From NCBI RefSeq assembly GCF_036365525.1, contig NC_090404.1, forward strand, positions 10,044,001-10,108,000: a stretch of DNA of 64,000 nucleotides. Direction: 5' to 3'. The stretch is from Heterodontus francisci. Taxonomy: Eukaryota. A program made the position numbers and the translations under genes. The notes under the pieces were generated by a model. The model was not told the DNA's origin and ran no database searches. It saw only the letters and a program-made list of their open reading frames with translations. This document shows, piece after piece, positions 52,111 through 63,569 of the stretch (position 1 is the stretch's first letter; every line of letters starts with the position of its first letter).

Positions 52111-52920
52111 GATCGGGAGTGCAGTGCTGAAAGGGCACTATCTTTCCAGGGATAATCTGAAACAAATGATCTCGCACCCACCCCTTTTCTGTTGAGGTGG
52201 TCATTAAAGCTCCCATGTTTCCACACTGTGTTCTGGTCAACTTTCCTCCCTTGAACCAAGGTGAACAGAAATACATTAACAGGAAGTGAACCACTTTGCT
52301 CTATTTCTGATGTATCTGTGCACAAATCGACCACGTTCATCGAGAATTAGTTAGACTTTAAATTTTATGGTACCTCCCACAGAAGGTGATGAGCTGGTAC
52401 ATCCGCGCAAGTTGTTTCTTGATTCATTACGATCACAAACAGTAACTGACATCGACATTTTCACAATAGGAGCAATGGCAATGTCTGGCCAGCGGATGGC
52501 AGTGAAAGCGTAATTCTTGACGAAACAGGCGCAGCCTCACCGCACTGGAGCCTCTGTTTATATTAAATTAGATACTGTCTCTGTTTACATTAAGCTCGAC
52601 CATGTCTCTGTTTATATTATACTAAATCCCGGCCCCGTTTACATTGTCTATGCTTATATTACTCTAGATCATTTTTCTCTTTACAGTACTCTGGATCATT
52701 TCTCGGTTTGTATTACACTAGACCCCGTCTCTGCTTACATTGCACTGGATCCCGTCTCTATGTACCTGCACTCCAAGGACTGCAGCGGTTCAAGAAGGCA
52801 GCTCACCACCACTTTCTCAAGGGCGAATAGGGATGAGCATTAAATTCTGCACTAGCCAGCAAAGCACACATGCCACGAAAGAATTTTTAAAAAAACTAGA
52901 TCCTGTCTCTGTTGATATTG
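52110..52920 (+). repeat. Module copy: old SINE, CTCF motif (52489-52502), satellite containing a family X 3' tail at about 52762-52895
   Basis: CCAGCGGATGGCAG; ITLDPVSVY-type 27-bp units. Confidence 0.7.
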
Positions 52921-52924
52921 ATCT

Positions 52925-55705
52925 GACAATGTGCAATCTGTCTGGATAGAGCTGAGAAACACTAAGGGGAAAAACGTTACTGAGGGTTGTATATAGACCC
53001 CCAAACTGTGGTGTTGTTGGGAATGGCATTAAACAGGAAATTAGAGATGCATGCGAATGGAACACCTGTGATTATGTGTGACATTAATCAGCATTTAGAT
53101 TGGGCAAATCAAATTCGTCACAATACTGTAGAGGAGGAATTCTTGGAGTGTATACGGGACGGTTTTGTGGACCAATACGTTGATGATGCAACTAGAGAAC
53201 AGGTCATCCTAGACTGGGTGTTGTGTAATGAGAGAAGAATAATTGACAATCTAGTGGTGCGAGACCCCTTGGGGATGAGCGACCATAATATGATAGAATT
53301 CTTAATCAAGACGGAGAGTGACGTCGTTGATTCTGAGACTAGGGTCCTGAATCTTAGTGAAGGAAACTACTATTATTGCCATTTCTTTGTAATCTATGAG
53401 ATTTTAAAGCACTAAGTCCTTGAAATGTAAGGCTATCCACTTCTTTAATCTTGTTGCGACTGAGTTCTAAGTACTGAAGATGTGACAGCTTAAACATCTT
53501 GGAAGGAATAGTCGATATTTTGAGGCGCGAGTTGGCTATAACAGATTGCGAAACGTTACTTAAAGGGATGACGGTGGATAGGCAATGGCAAACATTCAAA
53601 CAGCGCATGGATGAACAGCAACAATTGTTTATTCCTGTCTGGCGCAAAAGTAAAATGGGAAAGGTAGCCAAACCATGGCTTACAAGGGAAATTAGAGATA
53701 GCATTAGATCGAAGGAAGAGGCATATAAATTCGCCAGAAAAAAAACAATAGACCTGAGGATTGGGAGCAGTTTAGAATTCAGCAAAGGAGGACCAAAAGA
53801 TTGATTAAGAAGGGGAAAATAGAGTATGAGAGCAAGCTTGCGGGGAACGTAAAAACTGACTGTAAAGGTTTCTATAAGTATGTGAAGAGCAAAGAGATTG
53901 GTGAAGACAAATGTAGGTCCCTTACAGTCAGAAACAGAGGAATTTATTATGGGGAACAAAAAAATGGCTGACCAACTAAATGCATATTTTTGTTCTATCT
54001 TCACAAAGAAGGACGCAAATATAATACCAGAAATGTTGGAGAACACAGGGCTTAGTGAGAGAGAGGAACTGAAGGAAATCAGTATTGGTAGAGAAATGGT
54101 GTTGGGGAAATTGATGGGATTGAAGGCCGATAAATCTCCAGGGCCTGATAATCTATATCCCAGAGTACTTAAGGAAGTGGCCCTAGAAATAGTGGATGCA
54201 TTGGTGGTCATCTTCCAAGATTCTATAGACTCTGGAACAGTTCCTACAGATTGGAGGGTAGCTAATGTAACCCCACTATTTAAAAAGGGAGGTAGAGAGA
54301 AAGCAGGGAATTACAGACCAGTCAGCCTGACGTCGGTAGTGGGGAAAATTCTAGAGTCGATTATCAAAGATTTTATAGCAGAGCACTTTGTGAACAGTGG
54401 TAGAATCCGGCAGAGTCAGCATGGATTTACAAAAGGGAAATCATGCTTGACAAATCTACGAGAATTCTTCGAGGGTGTAACTCCTAGAGTTGATGAGGGG
54501 GAGCCAGTGGATGTGGTTTATTTGGACTTTCAGAAGGCTTTCAACAAAGTCCCACATAAGAGATTAGTGTGTAAAATTAAACCGTATGGGATTGGGGGGT
54601 AGTGTATTGCGATGGATAGAAAATTGGTTGGCAGACAGGAAACAAATAGTAGATATAAATGGGTCTTTTTCTGAATGGCAGGCAGTGACTAGTGGGGTAC
54701 CGCAGGATCGGTGCTCGGACCCCAGCTATTCACAATACATATTAATGATTTAGATGAGGGAACTAAATGTAATATCTCCAAATTGGCAGATGGTACAAAA
54801 CTGGGTGAGAGTGTGAGATGTGAGGAGGATGAAGAGAGGCTTCAGGGAGATTTGGACAAGTTGAGTGAGTGGGCTAATGCATGGCAGATGCAGTATAATG
54901 TGGATAAATGTGAGGTTATCCACTTTGGTAGCAAAAACAGGAAGGCGGATCATTATCTGAACGGCTATAAACTGAGAGAGGGGAATATGCAACGAGACCT
55001 GGGTGTTCTCGTACACCAGTCGCATGCAGGTAAGCATGCAGGTGCAACAGGCAGTAAAAAAGGCAAATGGTATGTTGGCCTTCACGGCGAGAGGATTCGA
55101 GTACAGGAGCAGGGACATCTTGCTGCAATTATACAGGGCCTTGGTGAGGCCACACCTGGAATATTGCGTGCAGTTTTGGTCTCCTTATCTGAGGAAGGAT
55201 GTTCTTGTTATAGAGGGAGTGCAGCAAAGGTTTACCAGACTGATACCTGGGATGGTGGGACTGATGTATGAGGAGAGATTAAGTCGGTAAGGATTATATT
55301 CGCTGGAGTTCAGAAGAGCGAGGGGGATCTCATAGAAACCTATAAAATTCTAACAGGACTTGTCAGGGTAGATGCAGGAAGGATGTTCCCGATGGTGGGG
55401 AGTCCAGAACCAGGGGTCATAGTCTAAGGATACGGGGTAAACCTTTCAGGACTGAGATGAGGAGAGATTTCTTAACCAGAGAGTGGTGAGCCTGTGGAAT
55501 TCGCTACCACAGAAAGCAGTTGAAGCGAAAATGTTGTATGTTTTCAAGAAGGAGTTAGATATAGATCTTGAGCCTAAAGGGATCAAAGGGTATGGGGCGA
55601 AAGCGGGAATAGGTTACTGAGTTGGATGATCGTCCATGATCATAATGAATGGTGGAGCAGGCTCAAAGGGCCGAATGGCCTACTCCTGTTCCTATTTTTA
55701 TGTTT
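52925..55705 (+). mobile_element. CR1-type LINE (endonuclease, RT, 3' end) inserted in the satellite
   Basis: SDHNMIEF; NYRPVSLTSVVGK; IHINDLD..KLADGTK; tail gggccgaatggcctactcctgttcc. Confidence 0.95.
53371..53520 (-). pseudogene. LRIG3: 150-bp fragment of LRIG-family (most like LRIG3) LRR coding sequence
   Basis: Translates KISTIPSKMFKLSHLQYLELSRNKIKEVDSLTFQGLSALKSHRLQRNG, close to recalled LRIG3 ISAIPPKMFKLPQLQHLELNRNKIKNVDGLTFQGLGALKSLKMQRNG; LINE sequence resumes on both sides. Confidence 0.8.
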
Positions 55706-55709
55706 CTAT

Positions 55710-56685
55710 GATCTAGACCCCCATCCCTATTTATATTACACTGGACCGTGTTTATACATTGGACTCTGTTTATATTGCGTTAGACCGTGTCTCTTTTTAT
55801 ATTATACTATGCCCTGTCTCTGTTTATATTACACTAGACTCCATTCTCTTTGTATTACACTGGACTCTGTCTCTGTTGATTTTAACTTAGACCCTATCTC
55901 TGTTTATATTAAATTAGCGACTGTCTCCGTCTTATTAAACAAGACCCTGCCTCTATTTCTATTGCTCTAGACCCTGTCTCTGTTTATATTAAAGCAGGCC
56001 CCGTCCCTGTTTATATTACACTGGACCCTGACTCTATTTATATTACACTAGACACTCTCTCTGTTTATATTATACTAGACCATGTCTCTGTTTATATTCC
56101 ACTTAGATCCTGTCTCTGTTTATATTATACTAGACCCTTTCTCTGCTTCTATTACAGTAGACCCCATCTCTGTTTATATTACACTGGACCCTGCCTCTGT
56201 TTATATTAAACTAGACCCAGTCTCTGTTTATATTATACTAGACCCCTTCCCTGTTTATATTGTCTGTTTATATTACTGTACATCATTTTTCTGTTTATAG
56301 TACTCTAGATCATGTCTCTGTTTGTATTACACGAGACACTGTCGATGTTTAAATTGCACTGGATCCTCCCTCGGTTTATATTTCACTGGACCATGTCTCT
56401 GCATATAATACACTCGGCCCTCGCTCACTTCATATTGACATGAGCATGTTTCTTTTTATGTCCCACTAGGCCACCCCGAAACCTAGTTTATATTACACTA
56501 GAGCATGTCTGGATTATTACTGGACGAGACCAGGTCTCTGTTTCTTTTACACTTGGAATTGTCTCAGTTATTACTGCACAAAGCCCAGTCTCACGGTATA
56601 TTACACGCAGTCCTGTCTCAATCAACAATGCACTTTATCCTGTCGCTTTTAATATTACACTAGGTCATATCTTATTCATTGCTGC
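55710..56685 (+). repeat. 27-bp satellite array, largest in the window (about 35 units)
   Basis: ctagaccctgtctctgtttatattaca units running into an N gap. Confidence 0.92.
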
Positions 56686-57135
56686 NNNNNNNNNNNNNNN
56701 NNNNNNNNNNNNNNNNNNNNNNNNNNNNNNNNNNNNNNNNNNNNNNNNNNNNNNNNNNNNNNNNNNNNNNNNNNNNNNNNNNNNNNNNNNNNNNNNNNNN
56801 NNNNNNNNNNNNNNNNNNNNNNNNNNGAACACTGCTATTCAAGAAAGGAGGTGACAGAAAGTAGGAAACGACTTTTTTTTTTGCATTTTGGTGGCAGTAG
56901 ACCAGTTTGCCTAATATTTGTAATTTGGAAAATTTTCGAATCCATTATTAAGGAAGAAGTTGCAGGGCATTTAGAAAATAATTTGGCAGGCACCGATGAT
57001 GATACCAATGAACTGCAAAAGGGCAAAGAAAGGGTAGCAGAATGGGCGGACAAGTGGCAGATGGAAGTTCATACAGAGAAATGTGAGGTTGTGCATTTTG
57101 CCAAAAAGGGGAAGAAGAGGCAATATAAATTATAA

Positions 57136-58200
57136 GCCCACCGATTCCCACAGCTACCTCGACGACACTTCTTCACACTCTGCCTCCTGAGGACTCCATT
57201 CCATTCTCCCAGTTTCTCCATCTCCGACGCATCTGCTCTGATGATGAAACATTCCACGACAGCGCTTCTGATATGTCTTCCTTTTTCCTCAACCGAGATT
57301 CCACCGCCACCACCTCCGCCCCCCCCCCGCCCCCATCTCCCGCACTGTGATTGACAGGGCCCTCAACCGTATTCGGCCCATTTCCCGCACCTCTACCCTC
57401 ACCCCTTCCCCTCCCTCCCAGAACTGCGACAGGGTTCCTCTTGTCCTCACTTTCCACCCCACCAGCCTCCACATACAAACAATCATCCTCCACCATTTCC
57501 TCCACCATCTTCCCACCCACCCCGCGCCCCGCCCCCCCACCCCGCCGTCAGCATTCCGAAGGGATCGTTCCCTTCGTGCCACCCTGGTCCACTCTTCCAT
57601 TACCCCCAACACCTCGTCCCCATCCCACAGCACCTTCCCGTGCAATTTCAGGAGGTGTAATACCTCTTCTCTCCTCACTAACCAAGGCCCCAAACACTCT
57701 TTTCAGGTGAAGCAGCGATTTACTTGTACTTCTTTCAATTTAATATACAGTATTCGCTGCTCACAATGTGGTCTCCTCTACGCTGGGGAGACCAAACGCA
57801 GATTGGGTGACCACTTTGCGGAACACCTCCGCTTAGTCCGAAAGCATGACCCCAATCTTCTGGTTGCTTGCCATTTCAACACATACCCCTGCTGTCATGC
57901 CCACATATCTGTCCGAGGTTTGCTGCAGTGTTCCAGTGAACATCAACACAAGCTTGATGAACAGCATCTCATTTACAGATTAGGCACACTACAGCCTGCC
58001 AGCCGGAACATTGAGTTCAATAATTTCAGAGCATGACAGGCCCCCCATTTTATTTTCATTTTTTTATTTTTTATTTTTCTCTTTTATTTTAATGTTAGTT
58101 TCTTTCATCATTCTTTTTTTTTGCCATGTGCCTACCCACTGTTTCATTCATGTTTGTGCTTTGGGCCAGGCTGTTCATTTTTCTGTCCATTAACACCCTC
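57136..58200 (+). mobile_element. Penelope-like element (GIY-YIG endonuclease region) between CR1 fragments
   Basis: RVPLVLTFHP..FTCTSFNLIYSIRCSQCGLLYAGETKRRLGDHFAEH..LGTLQP. Confidence 0.92.
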
Positions 58201-58399
58201 TGCCAACTCATTAAATATATTCAAGAAGGAGATAAATATATTTCTTCATGCCAAAGAGATCAAAGGATATGGGGAGAAAGCGGGAAAAGGGTACTGAATT
58301 AGAATACAAGCCAATGATCTTTTTTGAAGGTCGGATCAGGCTCGAAGGGCCGAATGGCCTACTCCGGATCCTATTTTCTATCTTTCTATGTGTGTGAAG

Positions 58400-58670
58400 A
58401 TTTAATCATTTCTGGTTGGAAGAAAAGGTTTAGTCTTGGGAATAGCTATCAGCAGCTGTGTGCAATTTATAATCGCTCCAGTATTATGTGGGTATTATTT
58501 GTGTTGAAAGGATGGGGTGAATTTTGTAACAATCTCCCAGAGATGAACTGGGATTGAAGCACAGCACTAAAGGTGAACAATAGTGCACTGCACTTTACAC
58601 TAATTAGTGACAAACTCTGTTATGTTAAAGTTTACTAATTCATATTTGTGTTGTGCTGTGTCCACTGCTG
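58400..58670 (+). other. Module block A and following intron-like sequence
   Basis: Homologous to 13250-13530 and 17330-17600; AAG|GTGAAC at about 58573. Confidence 0.55.
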
Positions 58671-59029
58671 ACAAAAGGGGCAATCACACTGCTGGGAGTG
58701 CATTATAGACCCCCAAAAAGTCAGAGGGAGATTGAAGAGCAGATATGTAGGCAAATCTTTGAGAAGTGCAAGAACAATAGGCAGTAATAGTAAGGGATTT
58801 TAACATCCACAATATTAACTGTGATAGTTCTGGTGTGAAAGGAAAAGAGGGAGCAGAATTCTTGAGGTGCATTCAGGAGAACTTTTTGGCCAGTATGCAG
58901 CAAGTCCAACAAGAGAGAGAGCCGTTTTTGACTTAGTTTTAGGAAATGAAGATGTGCAAGTGGAAGGAGTGTCAGTGGGAGAGCATTTTGGTGGCAGTAA
59001 TCATAATTATGGAAAAGGACAGTAACAGC

Positions 59030-59770
59030 CGGGCCAATGTATACATAACTGAGGCATGGACTGCTTTAATATGATCAGAGGCAGTATTTGTTGTAATACA
59101 AATAGGAAAATGACTAGTGCAATCTAAACAGAGATAGGGTCTAGCGTAATATAAACTAAAGGGTATAGTATAATATCAACAGAGACAGGATCTGGAGCAG
59201 TAATAACTGAGGCAGGGCTTGCTTCATGTAATGTAGACAATCGGACTTTCACTGACACCTGGTGGTTGTCTTTGCCCATTGTTCCTATTGTGAAAGCGTC
59301 GATGTCAGTTACTACTTCGGATATTAATACAGCAAGAAACAACTTGCATTGATGTACCCGCCCATCACCTTCTCTAGGAGATCCCAAAATTTGAGGTGCA
59401 ACTAATTCCAGATGGAAGTGGCCAATTTGTGCACAGAAACATCAGTAATAGAGAAAAATGGCTGAACTCCTGTTAATGTATTTTTGCTGATCTTGGTTGA
59501 AGGGGTTCTGGCACTTGTGGCAGAAGCTGCCTCACAAGGATTGGCCTTCACAGCCATCAGCAAAGGTAAACCAAGAGACGACGCCCACCTGAATGGATTG
59601 TTTGATGCGTGCCCATCATCTTTCGGAGATGGAAGGATGTCATATCATGGCTGAAGGCAGGAATGTTGACCAGGACACAGGGTGGGGAAAGTAGGCGCTT
59701 TAATGTCCACACCAACAGACAAGGGGAAGGGGAGAGATTGTTGGTTCACGATGTCACCTGAAAGACAGAG
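59030..59770 (-). repeat. Module copy: satellite, CTCF-like motif (59252-59265), old SINE
   Basis: Reverse complement CCACCAGGTGTCAG; flanks match the other copies. Confidence 0.65.
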
Positions 59771-60209
59771 GGGGCGAATTCGCTGATACTTTGACCATAG
59801 TAACATCAGCAGAAATAGGGTCGAGTGTAATGTAAACAGGCTCGAGCATAATGTAATGTAATGTGTACTATAGGACCATTTGCATGTTTATATTACCTAT
59901 TATGACCATGATCTTATTGAATGGTTGAGCATGCTCGAGAGGTCGAATGGCCTACTCCTGCTCCGATTTTTTTATGCTCTTAACACAGTTACCTTCTACC
60001 ATCAACCTGAGCACATCTCACTAATGTACTGAACTCACACGTCCAATTCGTGAACAATTCATTCAGCGCATGAAGGGACTGAATAGAGAGGCTCTGGGGA
60101 GTGTGGTTAAAGGTATTCAGGACATTTGAATTTGAGGACACAATATGTAATACACACATGATATATTTTGCTGTGACATTGACTTACAATTACTATATAT
60201 ATATATACG

Positions 60210-60700
60210 TGAGGGCATTGGAGAGAGTACAGAAAAGATTCACGAGAACGGTTCCAGGGATGAGGAATTTCAGTCATGAAGATAGATTGGAGAAGTTAGG
60301 ACTGTTTTCCTTGGAGAAAAGAGCTGGGGGCAATTTGATAGAGGTATTCAAAATCATAAGGGGTCTGGACAGAGTTGATGGAGAGAAACTGTTCCCACTC
60401 GTGAAAGGGTCGACAACGAGAGGACACAGATTTGAAGTATTTGGTAAGAGAAACAAAAATGACATGAAGAAAAACGTGTTCGCATAGCGAGTGATTAAGG
60501 CCTGGAATGCGCTGCCTGAGAATGTGGTGGAGGCAGGTTCAATTGAAGCATTCAAAAGGGTATTAGACAATTATATTAAAAGGGATAATGTTCAGGGTTA
60601 TGCAGAGACGTCAGGGGAATGGAACTGAGGGAATTGCTCTTTCGAAGAGCCAGTGGGTCGAATGACCTCCTTCTGCACTGTAACGATTCTGTGAATCTGT
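60210..60700 (+). mobile_element. CR1-type LINE 3' end
   Basis: ALERVQKRFTRTVPG..LFPLVKGSTTRGHRF. Confidence 0.9.
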
Positions 60701-62664
60701 GAGATGACGGTAAATAAAGTTACAGTTCATGCTCCTTTTATGTGGAAATGTACTAACCTCACAGAGGAACAAGTATTTATGTAGGGAAGTGGAAAAATGT
60801 ATCCAATGGTTTGATATATTTCTGCAGCAATTGAGGTAATTCGGGTGAGGATCTATCGAGTGCTTTGTTGTACATGAAAGGACCACATGTTCAGAAATGT
60901 TACAATCGTCCTTCCTCAATCCAGTCGTATTCTCCCTTTGAGCCAAAAAATTGTCAGCAGCAGAAAAAGTTCGTCAGTGCCGCTGGGATATCTCCAGGTT
61001 TCTCTTGGTTAATTGAGCTCGTTAGTTCTAGATATCCTAGCGATTGAAATGATCCAGAAAATCAGGAAGGGCTGAAGGCGTCAGGCTGATACAAATTAAA
61101 TAAACGGACTGCTTCGTGTTAGGAATAGTCAATCACAGAGAAAGTAAAACAGCACCTTTCTGGCCTATCTACCCATCCATCCATCAATCCATTCATGGGT
61201 CCTTTCAACAAAACATTCAGACATCCAACTATCCATTCATTCCTGCATCGCTGCATCTGTCCCTCCATTCACGCAAATAAGCATGTTTATCTATTTCAGA
61301 ATGTATCCTTTCTCTGAGGTCCTCTCTGTTTGTCTGTCTGTCTTCCTATATGTCTGTTTGTCTGTCTATCTATTTACCTGTCTATCGATTGCAATGTTAT
61401 GATGTGCTGGACAGATCCTCCAATGGACTTTTGCTGCTAACAAGGTATCTGAGACGCTGGATGTATTTCCTTTCCTGAGAAATGGGAACAGTTCACATAG
61501 CTCCACAACTGAAAAATTAAAATTGACTCCAGTACTGTTGCTGGGTCGATTTGCTTATGAATAGGCCTCGTTGACAATGTGAAGAGTTTGAAGCTGGCTT
61601 GCAGCCAAGCGGTCAGTACTGAGGACACAGATCTTTGATTTGCTGCACAGAACCCCCAGATGCTTCCTGTAAATGACATTGGGTGTTCGAGCCTCTGTGG
61701 CGGCAGTCGGCTGGGTTGCTGCCATATCCTGTGTGTGGCAGATGTTCGTGGAAATGAATGGACGAAGATGGGATTTAGCCATTTTTTCATCAACTTATTC
61801 AGCAGCGCCCTTACAACAACAAAGATAAATAGCTTACGCAGTATCACATTTAAAGAATGAGTTTTGGTAAATTTAGCGCTCATGTCATGATAAAATGGGA
61901 TGGCGAAATAATAAATTAACCCACGTGACAATTAAATGTAACTCTAGGTAATTAAGACCAATTATTTTGCACTGCATAAAATTCTAAACAGAGATTTTAA
62001 TGACCCCCATACCCACATAGTAATGAGCTAAGTGGGAATTGTGAAGTAAATAAATAAACAGGTGGAATTGCCTTGAACCCGTTGCATTTCCTTGACTTTT
62101 CTCCCTGAGCTGTGAATCACATTCAGAATAAAGACTCCTTTGTTATTGATAACAGCTGCGTATGGACAGTTTAATTTATGATGATTTCGATTGTTTGACA
62201 AGCCCTTACATCGCCAGCTACCAATGGGTAGAGAAATCCCCAGTTTGCGATCCGTTTCCACAGCAGATGAAGCGTTTATTCTTGTGATATTCTCTCGCAT
62301 TGCGTTAAGTCCTGATATACTGAGTTCCTAATACCAGTGCATGTCACACAGTCTGTCGCTATTAGAGTTAGCCGCAATGATCTGGGAGCCGGGGATAGAT
62401 TTGCTGATCACCATATCGGTTCTAATTCACTAACTCCTAATTTTCAAAAGCTGATCTGAATTTTACGTGGCACTCCTTAATTATCAGGCAAGCGGATTTT
62501 TAGAACTAATTTTCAGAGGGCTGGCTTAGGGTCACTAGCAATTCGAGAAATACACAGAAATAGAGAGAGAGAGAGACAGTAACAGGGCGGCAGAGAGTTA
62601 CAGAGAGAGAGAGAGACATAGAGATTTTGAGAGTTACAGAGAGACAAAGAGAATGAAAGACAAA

Positions 62665-62895
62665 GCCAGGAGTGGTGCAGTGGTTAGCACTGCAACCTCA
62701 CAACTCCAGCGACTTGGGTTCAGTTCTGGGTGCTGCCCGTGCGGCGTTTGCACCGGCTGCTCCACTTCCATCGTAAATTTCCCCTAGTGTAGGTAGGTAG
62801 TAAGGAATGTGGGATTAATGTAGGGTTAGTATAAATGGGTGGCTGTTGGTCGGCGCAGACTCGAAGGGCCTGTTTCCGTGCTGTATGATTCTACA
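62665..62895 (+). mobile_element. HE1-like V-SINE
   Basis: gtggtgcagtggttagcactgc A box, gggttcagttct B box, HER1-type tail gaagggcctgtttccgtgctgtatgattct. Confidence 0.8.
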
Positions 62896-63505
62896 GCATG
62901 TATAATGTAAATCGTACAACTGCAGCCATTCACACTGGAAATAGATACACTTTACTAATGTCCCGCATTTAGTTGCATAAATTAATTTTGAAAAATCATA
63001 TTATCAGGGATATTTTATTGGTATAGATTAATGGGATGGATAGCGAGAGACAGAGCAAATAGCAATGATTTTTGACCCTGATAACATCATTTAATCCCAG
63101 GCGTTGGCATCCTCCGTGTAGTGTTGAGGAAATAGAGGGGTTTAATTTTCAGTACACAACTATTTGCTATTGAACACGTTCTCAACTGCAACATCTCCAT
63201 TTATTACCAAGTAGCATGTTGCACTGAAACCATACAGTCAAATAACTATACCTGGATACAGATAAAAAGTTCACATTTAATAATAACCTGGTGTAATGAC
63301 ATGACTCCATTCTGTTGGTGATGTGGAAGATGGGACGTGGATCCAGTCACCGCCTCTATCAGGGAATCAATAGGCGGCGCCTGTAACCTCGCCCCCTTCT
63401 GCCGGGTATTTAAATGCCGGTCACTGGGACCGCAAGACAACAGTCCGGGAGCGGGTTTGCTCAGTGAGTTCTTGCCAGAACCATTTCCCCCGAATTACCA
63501 GAAGG

Positions 63506-63551
63506 ATGAGGTCGGCGATTTCTCTCAGTCTGTTACTGGTTTTCTTATCCA
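63506..63551 (+). CDS. Immunoglobulin heavy-chain (IgM VH-type) leader exon
   Basis: ATG AGG TCG GCG ATT TCT CTC AGT CTG TTA CTG GTT TTC TTA TCC A|GTGAGT = MRSAISLSLLLVFLS; 46 nt, phase 1; matches recalled shark VH leaders; TATTTAAAT at 63407-63415. Confidence 0.75.
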
Positions 63552-63569
63552 GTGAGTAGTTTTTATTAT

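Noticed and set aside
53354-54211. 285-aa minus-strand ORF as a real LRR gene
   Set aside because: It is mostly antisense LINE ORF2; only the last 50 or so codons are LRIG-derived
61660-61860. Retroviral or filoviral envelope CX6CC motif
   Set aside because: Cys spacing and the immunosuppressive-domain motif do not fit; no LTR, gag or pol nearby
62665-62740. tRNA gene
   Set aside because: The A/B boxes continue into a SINE body and LINE-derived tail; there is no complete cloverleaf
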